From the NCBI GenBank assembly GCA_902553465.1, contig CACDKW010000001.1, positions 6,032 to 70,031 of the forward strand: DNA of 64,000 bases, read 5' to 3'. Shown here piece after piece: positions 16,964 through 26,615 of this stretch (its first letter is position 1; each line of letters opens with the position of its first letter). Below the pieces are notes generated by a model, which did not search any database, was not told the DNA's origin, and saw only the letters and a program-made list of their open reading frames with translations. This DNA comes from an uncultured Pelagibacteraceae bacterium. Lineage in GTDB: Bacteria > Pseudomonadota > Alphaproteobacteria > Pelagibacterales > Pelagibacteraceae. Made by a program: the position numbers and the translations under genes.

Positions 16964-19264
16964 CTAATTTTTTTTAAGTTCTTTAATACTTAGTAATATA
17001 TTTTCAGCAGTAGCTGGGGCGTCTAATTTTGGTATTTTTTTATAATTTGATACAGATGATATTGCATCTTTAATCGCAAAAAATACACTCATTGCAAGCA
17101 TTAAAGGTGGTTCACCTGTTGTTTTAGATTTATTAACAACATCTTCAACATTTTTTCCTTTTTTATAAATTTCCACATTAAATTTTTTTGGGATATCACT
17201 TACTGCTGGAATTTTATAAGTCGAAGGAGAAAAAGTAGTTATCTGTCCATTATCATTCCATTTTACTTCCTCCATAGTTAACCATCCTTGACCTTGTACA
17301 AATCCTCCTTCGATCTGGCCAAATTCAATCGCTGGATTTATTGCATTTCCTGCATCATGTAATATATCAACTCTTTCTAAAATATTTTCACCTGTTAATG
17401 TATCGATTGTCACTTCTGACACTGCAGCTCCATAACAAAAATAATAAAATGGCCGTCCAGTAAATTTTTTTTTATTAAACTTAATTTTTGGAGTTGAATA
17501 AAAACCTGATGATGAAAGTGAAACCCGACTTAAGTATGCTTCCATCACAATTTTTTTAAATTCAAATGATCTATTTCCAAATATAATAGACTCATTTTTG
17601 TATATTGGCTCTTCTTTGCTAAAAATCTTATATTTATCCTTAATAAATTTTTCTAAATTTTTTTTTATCTTAAAGGTAGCATTAAGTGCAGCTGCTGCAT
17701 TTAAGTCAGTAGTTGAGGAAGCGGCACTTGCAGAAGTATTTGGAACCTTAGCTGTATTTGTAGAGGAGATTTTTACCTTTTCATATGGCAATCCTAATGA
17801 ATTTGCTACAACCTGTGCAATTTTTGTATGAGTACCTTGACCCATTTCTATACCTCCATGATTTAAATAAACACTTCCATCAGTATAAACATGAACTAAG
17901 GCGCCTGCTTGATTTAAATGTATTGTTGTAAAAGATATTCCAAATTTTACAGGTGTAATTGCAATTCCTTTTTTTTTTATTTTATTTTTAATATTAAATT
18001 TTTTAATCTCATTTTTTCTTTTTAAATATTTTGCATCCTGTACTAACTTTTCAAATAGTTCATTAATTATATTATCTTGGATTTTCATCCCATAATGGGT
18101 GATATTTTTTTTATTTTTTTTATAAAAATTATTTTTTCTTACTTCCAGAGGATCCTTATTTAAAAATCTAGATATATTATCTATGATATTTTCAATAGCC
18201 ATCATTCCTTGATTTCCACCAAAACCTCTGAAAGCTGTAGATGTTGATGTATTTGTTTTACAAAGATAATTTTCTACTTGCAAATCTGATAAATAATATG
18301 CGTTATCTATGTGAAGTAACGCACGCTCATTTATTGCATAAGATAAATCTGGTGACATTCCGCATTTAGAAGCCAATTTTATTTTAAGTCCTTTAATTAT
18401 TCCTTTATCATCAAATCCAACTTCATAATCTGAAAAAAATTCATGTCTCTTACCAGTTAAAATAATATCGTCATCCCTATCTAATCTCAGTTTAACTGGT
18501 TTTTTTGTCTTATAAGCTAGAAGCGAACATATAGCTGCAGTCATAAAATTTGTTTCTTTTCCACCAAAGCCTCCACCTATTCTTCTAACAAGAACAGTTA
18601 TAGAATTACTTTTTTGATTAAGCATTTTTGCAATAAGCTGTTGAGTTTCAGATGGATGTTGAGTAGAGCTATAAACTGTCATTTCATTATCTTCTTTAGG
18701 AATTACAAAAGCTACCTGACCCTCTAGATAAAAATGTTCTTGGCTACCTGTAGTAAAATTTCCTTTTAAAGTATGTTTTGATGAAAAAATTTTTTTTTGA
18801 GCATTTCCTTTAGTAATTTTTCTTACATCAAAAAGTAAATTTTTCTTATCTAATGAATCTTTAAGAGTTATAATTGGTTCATATTCTATATAATTTATTT
18901 TAGCTTTTAAAACTGCTTTTCTTGCTAGTTCAATACTAGTTGCTGCAACTGCAAATATTGGTTGTCCAAAAAACTCAACTTTATCTTTTACAAAAATTGG
19001 GTCACCATCAAAAACTGGACCAACATCGTTACGGCCTGGTATATCTAAATAATTAACTACTGAAACTACACCTTCGCTATTAATTACTTCATTTAAATCA
19101 ATTTTTTTTATTTTTGCATAAGCTTTTTTACTCCAACCTATTGCTCCAAAAAGAGTATCATATGGTTCCTTTATATCATCAGTATACTCAGCAGTGCCGC
19201 TGACATGCTTATATGCGCTATCATGAGGTCTTATTTCGCTTATATAATTATCACTATTTTTCAT
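16964..19264 (-). CDS. xdhB: xanthine dehydrogenase molybdopterin-binding subunit
   Basis: QEHFYLE, GGGFGGKE, AFRGFGG, EMGQG, GEPP. Confidence 0.95.
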   Translation of the reverse strand: MKNSDNYISEIRPHDSAYKHVSGTAEYTDDIKEPYDTLFGAIGWSKKAYAKIKKIDLNEVINSEGVVSVVNYLDIPGRNDVGPVFDGDPIFVKDKVEFFGQPIFAVAATSIELARKAVLKAKINYIEYEPIITLKDSLDKKNLLFDVRKITKGNAQKKIFSSKHTLKGNFTTGSQEHFYLEGQVAFVIPKEDNEMTVYSSTQHPSETQQLIAKMLNQKSNSITVLVRRIGGGFGGKETNFMTAAICSLLAYKTKKPVKLRLDRDDDIILTGKRHEFFSDYEVGFDDKGIIKGLKIKLASKCGMSPDLSYAINERALLHIDNAYYLSDLQVENYLCKTNTSTSTAFRGFGGNQGMMAIENIIDNISRFLNKDPLEVRKNNFYKKNKKNITHYGMKIQDNIINELFEKLVQDAKYLKRKNEIKKFNIKNKIKKKGIAITPVKFGISFTTIHLNQAGALVHVYTDGSVYLNHGGIEMGQGTHTKIAQVVANSLGLPYEKVKISSTNTAKVPNTSASAASSTTDLNAAAALNATFKIKKNLEKFIKDKYKIFSKEEPIYKNESIIFGNRSFEFKKIVMEAYLSRVSLSSSGFYSTPKIKFNKKKFTGRPFYYFCYGAAVSEVTIDTLTGENILERVDILHDAGNAINPAIEFGQIEGGFVQGQGWLTMEEVKWNDNGQITTFSPSTYKIPAVSDIPKKFNVEIYKKGKNVEDVVNKSKTTGEPPLMLAMSVFFAIKDAISSVSNYKKIPKLDAPATAENILLSIKELKKN

Positions 19265-20697
19265 TGGTAAACCCTAAATAATTTTTTTGTTTTGGTTTCT
19301 ATAAAAAATTTTATTAATAAATTTTCAGCAACTTCTAATCTATAGTTTTTTGAGGCTCTCATATCAGAAATAGGGTTAAAGTCCTTTTTTAATAAATTTT
19401 TTGCTTTTTCAAATATGTCTTCTGAAAATTTTGAATTTTTCAAAAAATTCTCACAATTTTTTGCTCTTTTTGGAATTTCTGCCATACCTCCATAAGCAAT
19501 AGTCACATCCTGAATTCTTTGATCTTTAATTTTTAAATTGAAAGAAGCACAAACAGATGAGATATCATCATCAAATCTTTTTGATATTTTATAGGCCTTA
19601 AAATTATGATTTTTATAAATAGGAATAATAATAGATTTTATAAATTCCCCTTTTTTTAATTTTGTTTTTCTATATTTGATGAAAAACTTATTAAGAAAGA
19701 TTTGCCTATCACCATTATGAGTTTGAATTATAATTTTTGCATTTAAAGATAAAAGTAGAGGCAGGGTATCTCCTATTGGTGAAGCAGTGGCTATATTTCC
19801 ACCTATTGTTCCAACATTTCTTATTTGAACAGAACCATATCTTCTTAATATATTATTAAAGTCTGGATAATATTTTAAAATAAATTTTTCAACTTCTATA
19901 AGAGGAGTTGTGGAGCCAAAAATAATTTCATTATTTTTTATTTTAATAAAATTAAGCTCCTTTATGTTGTTTAAATTAATAATTTTTTTTATTTCTTTTC
20001 TATCCTTAGTTACTTTTAATGATAAATCAGTACCACCACTTAAAAAATCAGAATCTGGATTTTTTTGAATTACTTTTTTTAATTCTTCTATTGTTTTAGG
20101 AGCAAAATATTTTTTATTTTTATTCTCAATAATTATACTTTTCGAGTGAATTTTTTTTAAAAGGTTGATAGTTTTTTTACTATTTTTATAAAATTCATCA
20201 AAGTATGTTTTTTTTATATTTTTTGCTGCATCAATAATAGGTCTATATCCAGTGCATCTACATAAATTTCCAGATATTGCATCTTTAATATCATCCTCAT
20301 TATTTTTTTTTCTATTTTTTGACATTGCAAAAATGGACATAACGAACCCTGGAGTACAAAATCCGCATTGAGATGCATGATATTTTGCCATTGCCTCTTG
20401 AACAGGATGATAAGAGCCATTTTTTGAAACTAAATTTTCAACAACTATTAGTTGTTTTCCATGCAAAGTAGGAGTGAAAGATATGCATGAATTTATTGCT
20501 TTATATTTAATTTTTTTATTTTCTAATTCTCCTAGCACTATCGTACAAGCACCACATCCACCTTCGGCACATCCCTCTTTGGTACCAGTTTTTTTTAACT
20601 CATCTCTTATAAAATTAAGTATAGTTTGGTTTGGGTCAGGATTATCTAATTCAATTAATTTATTTTCATAAATAAATTGGACTTTGTTAGAATTCAC
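19261..20697 (-). CDS. xdhA: xanthine dehydrogenase small subunit (2x[2Fe-2S], FAD)
   Basis: KEGCAEGGCGAC, QCGFCTPG, LCRCTGY, GGTD, KISKRFDDDIS; GTG start. Confidence 0.95.
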   Translation of the reverse strand: MNSNKVQFIYENKLIELDNPDPNQTILNFIRDELKKTGTKEGCAEGGCGACTIVLGELENKKIKYKAINSCISFTPTLHGKQLIVVENLVSKNGSYHPVQEAMAKYHASQCGFCTPGFVMSIFAMSKNRKKNNEDDIKDAISGNLCRCTGYRPIIDAAKNIKKTYFDEFYKNSKKTINLLKKIHSKSIIIENKNKKYFAPKTIEELKKVIQKNPDSDFLSGGTDLSLKVTKDRKEIKKIINLNNIKELNFIKIKNNEIIFGSTTPLIEVEKFILKYYPDFNNILRRYGSVQIRNVGTIGGNIATASPIGDTLPLLLSLNAKIIIQTHNGDRQIFLNKFFIKYRKTKLKKGEFIKSIIIPIYKNHNFKAYKISKRFDDDISSVCASFNLKIKDQRIQDVTIAYGGMAEIPKRAKNCENFLKNSKFSEDIFEKAKNLLKKDFNPISDMRASKNYRLEVAENLLIKFFIETKTKKLFRVYQ

Positions 20698-21048
20698 TTA
20701 AGAACCTCTATATGTGGAATAGCTCCAAGGAGAAACGAGTAAGGGAACATGATAATGTTCTTTTGAATTTGAAATCCCAAATCTAATAACCACATCATCT
20801 AAAAAAGTTAATTTATCTGATTTCGATATAGTTTTAAAATAGTCTCCAATAAAAAAAACTAACTCGTATTTGCCATTCAAAAAATTTTCTCCTTCAAGTA
20901 ATGGTTTATCAGCTCTTCCATCTTGATTTAATATTACTGTATTTTTTTTTTCTTTCTTATTATTATTAAAATAATATAATTCTACCTTAATTCCAGCTCC
21001 TGGCTTTCCTGAATAAATGTCTAAAACATGAGTTGTTAATTTTGTCAT
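20698..21048 (-). CDS. uraH: 5-hydroxyisourate hydrolase
   Basis: LTTHVLD...G.P, DGR, HYHVPLL, C-terminal YRGS. Confidence 0.95.
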   Translation of the reverse strand: MTKLTTHVLDIYSGKPGAGIKVELYYFNNNKKEKKNTVILNQDGRADKPLLEGENFLNGKYELVFFIGDYFKTISKSDKLTFLDDVVIRFGISNSKEHYHVPLLVSPWSYSTYRGS

Positions 21049-21112
21049 ATGATAAAATATTTATATACAATATTGAGTAATTAATAAATAACAACTAATA
21101 TAAATTTTCAAA

Positions 21113-21607
21113 ATGATCGATATTAAAAAAATAAATAATCTTGATAAATCTGAATTTTTGTCAATTTTTGGAAATGTATTTGAAAAATCAAAATGGATAA
21201 GTGAGAAAGTATTTGATGAAAAACCATTCAAAAATTTAGAATCTTTTATTTCAAAAATAATTGGAATCTACGAAAACAGTGATAATAAAACTATACTAGA
21301 AATTCTCAATTTGCATCCAGAGCTTGCTGTCGAAAAAAAATTAACTGCAAATTCGGAAGAAGAACAAAATAAAGCTAACTTGAAAGAATGTACGCCTGAA
21401 GAGTTTAATGAATTTAAAAAATTAAATATTGAATATAAAAAAAAATTTAATTTTCCATTTATTGTTGCTGTAAAAGGAAAAAATAAAAATGAAATTTTAA
21501 ATTATTTTAGAAAAAGAGTTAATAATTCATTAGATGAAGAGTTCCTTGAAGCAAAAAAACAAGTAAAAAAAATTGCAACTTTTAGGTTAGAAGAAATTAT
21601 AAAATAA
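21113..21607 (+). CDS. uraD: OHCU decarboxylase
   Basis: FE.S.W, HPEL, S..EQ, Y..KF.FPFIVAV, IA.FRL. Confidence 0.92.
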   Translation: MIDIKKINNLDKSEFLSIFGNVFEKSKWISEKVFDEKPFKNLESFISKIIGIYENSDNKTILEILNLHPELAVEKKLTANSEEEQNKANLKECTPEEFNEFKKLNIEYKKKFNFPFIVAVKGKNKNEILNYFRKRVNNSLDEEFLEAKKQVKKIATFRLEEIIK

Positions 21608-21612
21608 ATTAA

Positions 21613-21918
21613 TTAATTTGATTTTTCCGAAACATATTTCGCAACTGCTTTAATTTCACTAGAAGAAAGAATACCATCATATGCTGGCATTACTCCTATT
21701 CCGTTAGTTACTGCCATAATTACTGTTTCTAAACTAGGTTTAATAAGATTTAAATTTGGTCCAATATCTCCATTTGATCCAGCATCTGATAAAGCATGGC
21801 ACTGCGCACAGTTGCCTTTTTCTAAAAATATTTCTTTTCCTAGATTTAATATTTCATCAGCATTTAAAGATTGAGTTAAAAAAAACATAAATAATAATAA
21901 ATAATTATATAATCTCAT
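21613..21918 (-). CDS. periplasmic monoheme class I cytochrome c (SorU/c6-like)
   Basis: Signal peptide; CAQCH heme motif; GPNL; GVMP axial Met. Confidence 0.9.
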   Translation of the reverse strand: MRLYNYLLLFMFFLTQSLNADEILNLGKEIFLEKGNCAQCHALSDAGSNGDIGPNLNLIKPSLETVIMAVTNGIGVMPAYDGILSSSEIKAVAKYVSEKSN

Positions 21919-22011
21919 GATTTAGTCCAAATTTTTGATAGTTTCTTTATTTATAATCTACTAAAAAAATATTTTTGTAGCAAGTGTCAATGGTGTAAAT
22001 TAAATAGAAGT

Positions 22012-22902
22012 ATGAAAATTTTTGATTGTTTTATGTATTTTGATGAAGAAGTTGTTTTGGATTTAAGGCTAAATGTTTTAGATAAATATGTAGATTATTT
22101 CGTTATTGTTGAAAGTAATTTTACTCACAGAGGTGAAAAAAGAAGTTTAAAATTTAATCATAAAAAATTTGAAAGATTTAAAAATAAAATAATTTATTTA
22201 ATTTACGATCAAGAACCAAAAAAAATAGAGATTGTAAATGAAAATGATTCAAAAAAAGAAAAATCAATAAAATATATTTTAAATGCCGCTTTAAGAGAAA
22301 ATGGTCAAAGAGATCATATAATAAAAGGTTTAGATAAAGCTGATAAAAATGATTTTATTCTTATCTCAGATGTTGATGAAATACCAAATCTTTCAAATGT
22401 TAATTTTAAAAATATAAAAGATAAAATTCTGATGTTTCAGCAAGACATGTTTTACTACAAATTTGATTTAAAATTACCAGATACTGTATGGTCAGGAACA
22501 AAGGCTTGCAGAAAAAAAGATCTATTAAGTCCACAATGGTTAAGAAATATAAAAGATAAAAAATATTCTTTATTTAGATTAGATATAATTTTTTCAAAAA
22601 AAAAATATAGTAGTATAAAATTTATTGATAATGGTGGATGGCATTTTTCAAACATTAAGTCGCCAAAAGAAATAGAGCATAAATTAAGATCATATTTACA
22701 CCATAGAGAATTCGATGAACAACCCTTAACAATCGATGAAATTGATAAAATCATTCAAAATAGACAGGCAATTTATGATTTAAAAGTTGATAAAAGAGTA
22801 AATAAAGTTGGAAATGGAAGTAAACTTATCAAGTATAACTTTGAAAAATTGCCTAATTATTTAAAAGAAAATAAAGAATATTATAAAAAATGGTTAGAAT
22901 AA
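22012..22902 (+). CDS. glycosyltransferase family 17-like protein
   Basis: IFDCF.YF.E...L.RL..L...VDYFVIVES, QR, SDVDEIP, GGWHFS. Confidence 0.8.
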   Translation: MKIFDCFMYFDEEVVLDLRLNVLDKYVDYFVIVESNFTHRGEKRSLKFNHKKFERFKNKIIYLIYDQEPKKIEIVNENDSKKEKSIKYILNAALRENGQRDHIIKGLDKADKNDFILISDVDEIPNLSNVNFKNIKDKILMFQQDMFYYKFDLKLPDTVWSGTKACRKKDLLSPQWLRNIKDKKYSLFRLDIIFSKKKYSSIKFIDNGGWHFSNIKSPKEIEHKLRSYLHHREFDEQPLTIDEIDKIIQNRQAIYDLKVDKRVNKVGNGSKLIKYNFEKLPNYLKENKEYYKKWLE

Positions 22903-22906
22903 TTAG

Positions 22907-23533
22907 TTAGTATTGTATTGGCTCGTCATCAATACTTCTCCATAAATACCAGGTTGCAACAGAGGAATAAGGAGAAAATTTTTTTCCAAGCAAGTTTACA
23001 AATTTTTTAGGAGGTAAATATATTTTTTTATAATTTTTTGATATAGCTCTCAATAACCCTATATCCTGGATAGGCCAAATATTTTCTCTATTAAAAGTAA
23101 AAAGTAATATCATTTCTGCTGACCACCTTCCAATTTGTCTTAAAGTTGAAAGATAGGAAATTGCCTCTTCATCATTCATGCTTTTAATTAAATTAGGATC
23201 AAACGATTTATTTGAGAATTTAACAGAAAGTTCTTTAATTCCTTTGGCTTTTTGTCTACTTAAACCACATTTTTTAAGTTTTTGAATAGTAATTTTTTTT
23301 ACAATTTTTGGTTTAATTTTTCCATTACATGCATTTTTAAATTTTTTAAATACTGAATTTGCAGCAGCAACACTTATTTGCTGTCCAATTATGCTTTTGC
23401 ATAGTGAAAAGAAAATATCTTTTCTTGTAGTTAAAGTTTTATCTCTATATTTATAAATTAAAGTTTTCATTATTTTATCTTTTTTTGACAAATATTTTTT
23501 TGCTTTATTCCAATATTTGGGTGGCTTAGTCAT
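22907..23533 (-). CDS. alkA: DNA-3-methyladenine glycosylase II (HhH-GPD)
   Basis: IIGQQISVAAA, IGRWSAEM, P..DIG, PYSS.ATWYLW. Confidence 0.85.
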   Translation of the reverse strand: MTKPPKYWNKAKKYLSKKDKIMKTLIYKYRDKTLTTRKDIFFSLCKSIIGQQISVAAANSVFKKFKNACNGKIKPKIVKKITIQKLKKCGLSRQKAKGIKELSVKFSNKSFDPNLIKSMNDEEAISYLSTLRQIGRWSAEMILLFTFNRENIWPIQDIGLLRAISKNYKKIYLPPKKFVNLLGKKFSPYSSVATWYLWRSIDDEPIQY

Positions 23534-24407
23534 GTCTTGGTGTAGAAACTTGTTTTTTTAAGGTAATTTCTCTTCTAAAAATAATTATTGATGAAATGAT
23601 AACTAACAAAGCTCCAATTAAAGTTTTAACCGACGGTACTTCGTCCCAAATAAAAAATCCAAAAAATATTGCGAAAATTAAAGCTAAATATTTTAAAGGA
23701 GTTACAAGTGAAACCTCAGAAAACTTATAAGATTGGCTTAACCACAAATTTGCAACTCCTCCAAAAATCCCTATTAGGGATAATAAAACAAAATCTTTAA
23801 AATCTGGCATTACCCATCCAAAAGGAATTGTAAAAAAACTTGCTAAAGTTATTGCGGCTGAAAAATTTAAAGAAATTAACCAGATTGGTTCGGTGGTTGA
23901 TAATTGTCTTATAGCTATAGCAACGTAAGACAAACCTAGACAAAAAATTATGGGGTAAACAAAATAAATATTCAATGCAGTAAATCCAGGTTCGGTAATA
24001 ACTATAATGCCAATAAATCCTACTACTACTGCTAGCCACCTGTAAAATCCAACTTTCTCACTTAATAAAAAAATCGAAAAAATAGTTGTAAAAATGGGTG
24101 CAGCAAATGAAATGCTTACTACAGTAGCTAAAGGTAAGTTTCTTAAAGCAATAAATATTGAGATAAGAGCTATTAGACCAGATAAACATCTTAAAAAATG
24201 TAATCCAGCTCTTTTTGTATAGTAAAAATTTTTAAGTCTATCCCTAGGAATAATCAAAAAATAAAATACTAAACCAAAGAAACCTCTAAAAAATAGTACC
24301 TGGCCTAAAGGATATGAATCTGACCATTTTACAATTAAATCCATTATAGAAAATGCACAAACAGACATAAACATGTACAAAAAGCCTAATTGATTTTTGG
24401 AAAGCAT
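23526..24407 (-). CDS. DMT/EamA family transporter; start moved to ATG 24407
   Basis: About 10 TM helices, duplicated EamA repeats (F.APIF...L.EKVG..RW); later start avoids overlap with msrA. Confidence 0.85.
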   Translation of the reverse strand: MLSKNQLGFLYMFMSVCAFSIMDLIVKWSDSYPLGQVLFFRGFFGLVFYFLIIPRDRLKNFYYTKRAGLHFLRCLSGLIALISIFIALRNLPLATVVSISFAAPIFTTIFSIFLLSEKVGFYRWLAVVVGFIGIIVITEPGFTALNIYFVYPIIFCLGLSYVAIAIRQLSTTEPIWLISLNFSAAITLASFFTIPFGWVMPDFKDFVLLSLIGIFGGVANLWLSQSYKFSEVSLVTPLKYLALIFAIFFGFFIWDEVPSVKTLIGALLVIISSIIIFRREITLKKQVSTPRHD

Positions 24408-24441
24408 AAGAATAACTTTAGTTAAAAAAAAACAATAATCA

Positions 24442-24882
24442 ATGGAAATAGCTGTTTTAGCATTAGGATGTTTTTGGGGACCAGAAATCAAGTTTGGAAA
24501 ACTTGAAGGCGTTGTTAAAACTGAAGTGGGTTATTGCGGAGGAAATAGTGACAATACTACATATGAAAAAGTTTGTTCTGGAAATACTAATCATGCAGAA
24601 GTTGTAAAATTAGAATTTGATCCTGTAAAAATTTCATATGAAAAAATTTTAGAATATTTTTTTAATATACACGATCCAACAACTCTAAATGCTCAAGGTC
24701 CTGACATAGGAACGCAATATAGAAGTGAAATATTTTATTTAAATGATAATCAAAAAAATATAGCTGAAAAAATTATAGAAGAAAATAATTCAAAATTAGC
24801 AGGAAGAGTTGTTACAAAATTAAGTCCACTTAAAAATTATTGTAAAGCTGAAGAATATCATCAAAAATATTTAGATAAATAA
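24442..24882 (+). CDS. msrA: peptide-methionine (S)-S-oxide reductase
   Basis: GCFWG, HAEVV, HDPT..N.QG.D.GTQYRS, AEEYHQKY. Confidence 0.95.
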   Translation: MEIAVLALGCFWGPEIKFGKLEGVVKTEVGYCGGNSDNTTYEKVCSGNTNHAEVVKLEFDPVKISYEKILEYFFNIHDPTTLNAQGPDIGTQYRSEIFYLNDNQKNIAEKIIEENNSKLAGRVVTKLSPLKNYCKAEEYHQKYLDK

Positions 24883-24890
24883 ATCTTATT

Positions 24891-25706
24891 ATGTCTCTAG
24901 TAAGTACAGATTGGGTTGAAAAAAATAACAAGAATTTAAAAATAATAGATTGTTCTTGGCACATGCCAAATGTTAATAGAAATGGATATAATGAATACTT
25001 ACAATCACATATTGAAAATTCAATATTTTTTGATTTAGATAAAAATTCAAATTTTAATACTGACTTGCCACATATGCTTGTTAATAATAATGAATGGGAA
25101 AAGATAGTATCAAATATGGGAATCAATAATAAAGATGAAATAGTAGTATACGATAATTCTGATGTTTTAAGTTCATGTAGGTGTTGGTATAATTTTATAT
25201 ATTTTGGACATGATAGTAAGTTAATTCATGTTTTAGATGGTGGTTTAAAAAAATGGAATTCGGAAGGAAAAAAAGTAACGGCAAAAATTCCAGAAATTAA
25301 ATTAACAAAATATTCTGCTAGAGAGTTAAAAAACTTAGTTAAAAATAAATCTCAAATCAATGATAATATAACAAAACAAGAATTTAAAGTTGTTGATGCA
25401 AGAAGCAAAGAAAGATTCGAAGGAAAAGTAAAAGAGCCGAGACAAGGTTTAAGAAGTGGATCGATACCAAAATCTACTTGCGTTCCTTTTAAAGAATTAA
25501 TTAATGAAGATCACACGTTTAAAGATAAAAAAGAAATTTTAAAAATATTTAAAAATGCATTGGGACAAGAAATTACTACAAATATAGTTTTTTCTTGTGG
25601 TTCTGGTGTAACTGCTTCGGTTTTGGCACTTGCATATTCCTTAATAAATAATAAATATATGCCAACTATTTACGATGGTTCATGGGCAGAATACGGTAGA
25701 AAATGA
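24891..25706 (+). CDS. sseA: 3-mercaptopyruvate/thiosulfate sulfurtransferase
   Basis: Tandem rhodanese domains; CGSGVTA active loop; YDGSWAEY. Confidence 0.9.
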   Translation: MSLVSTDWVEKNNKNLKIIDCSWHMPNVNRNGYNEYLQSHIENSIFFDLDKNSNFNTDLPHMLVNNNEWEKIVSNMGINNKDEIVVYDNSDVLSSCRCWYNFIYFGHDSKLIHVLDGGLKKWNSEGKKVTAKIPEIKLTKYSARELKNLVKNKSQINDNITKQEFKVVDARSKERFEGKVKEPRQGLRSGSIPKSTCVPFKELINEDHTFKDKKEILKIFKNALGQEITTNIVFSCGSGVTASVLALAYSLINNKYMPTIYDGSWAEYGRK

Positions 25707-26611
25707 AAAGATCAACAAAAGTAATATCTATAATAATTATTTTTTTCTTAATTATAGCTTTGGTAATTGTAGGAAGAACTATGATTGGAAAACATTTCCA
25801 AAAAAAGTTTGGCAAAAGACCTCCTCCTGGAATTATAGTTACTGAGGTAGTAAAAAAAGAATTTTCAGAAAAAATTGAAACATTTGGAACTGCAGTATCA
25901 AATAAAACAAAATCTTTCAGAATAAAAAAAGATGATTTAATTGGAGAATTAAATTTAAACAGTTATGTCAAAAAAGGTAATACAATTATTAAATTAAAAA
26001 GTGGAAATATTATTGCTCCGTTTGACGGTGTGGTAGGATATACTGGTTTAACTGAAGATATATTTGTTTCTGATAGTATATTTATTATAACTTTGGACGA
26101 TAATTCAATAATCTATTCAGATATAAAAATTCCTGAAAATTATTCCTCTGTTGTTAAAAAAGGACTTCCAATAGAAGCAAAAGTTTCTAGCTATAAAAAT
26201 AAAATTTTCACTGGAGAAGTTGATTTCATCTCGAGTAGAATAAATGCTGAAACTAGAAGTTTATTAACAAGGATTAAAATTGCTAACACAAATTTAGAAT
26301 TAATTTCGGGTTCTTTGCTTGAGGTAAGTGTAAAGTTTAATTTAAGAAGTTCTCTTAGTATACCAGATACTAGTGTAATGATGGAAGGTGAAAAAGCTTA
26401 CGTATATAAAGTATCAAAAGATAATATAGCTAACAAAATAGAAATAAAAATTGGAACGAGACAAGAAAGTAATATTGAAGTTTTATCTGGATTAAATATT
26501 GGAGATAAAATTGTGGCTGAGGGATTAAAAAAAGTCTACCCAAGAAGTAAAATTAAACCTATTGAAAAAGGCTCAAAAAATAGTGAGTCCGATTGGAAGA
26601 AAAAAACGTAA
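25703..26611 (+). CDS. RND efflux periplasmic adaptor (MFP), lacking alpha-hairpin
   Basis: TM anchor; VKKG..I..L followed directly by I.APFDGVVG; GEV.FI.SRI..ETR; IE.LSGL..GDKIV. Confidence 0.88.
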   Translation: MKRSTKVISIIIIFFLIIALVIVGRTMIGKHFQKKFGKRPPPGIIVTEVVKKEFSEKIETFGTAVSNKTKSFRIKKDDLIGELNLNSYVKKGNTIIKLKSGNIIAPFDGVVGYTGLTEDIFVSDSIFIITLDDNSIIYSDIKIPENYSSVVKKGLPIEAKVSSYKNKIFTGEVDFISSRINAETRSLLTRIKIANTNLELISGSLLEVSVKFNLRSSLSIPDTSVMMEGEKAYVYKVSKDNIANKIEIKIGTRQESNIEVLSGLNIGDKIVAEGLKKVYPRSKIKPIEKGSKNSESDWKKKT

Positions 26612-26615
26612 CTAA

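Noticed and set aside
21049-21112. TTATATACAA and CAATATTG in the uraH/uraD spacer as a GntR-type operator
   Set aside because: Short AT-rich words expected by chance; no regulator nearby
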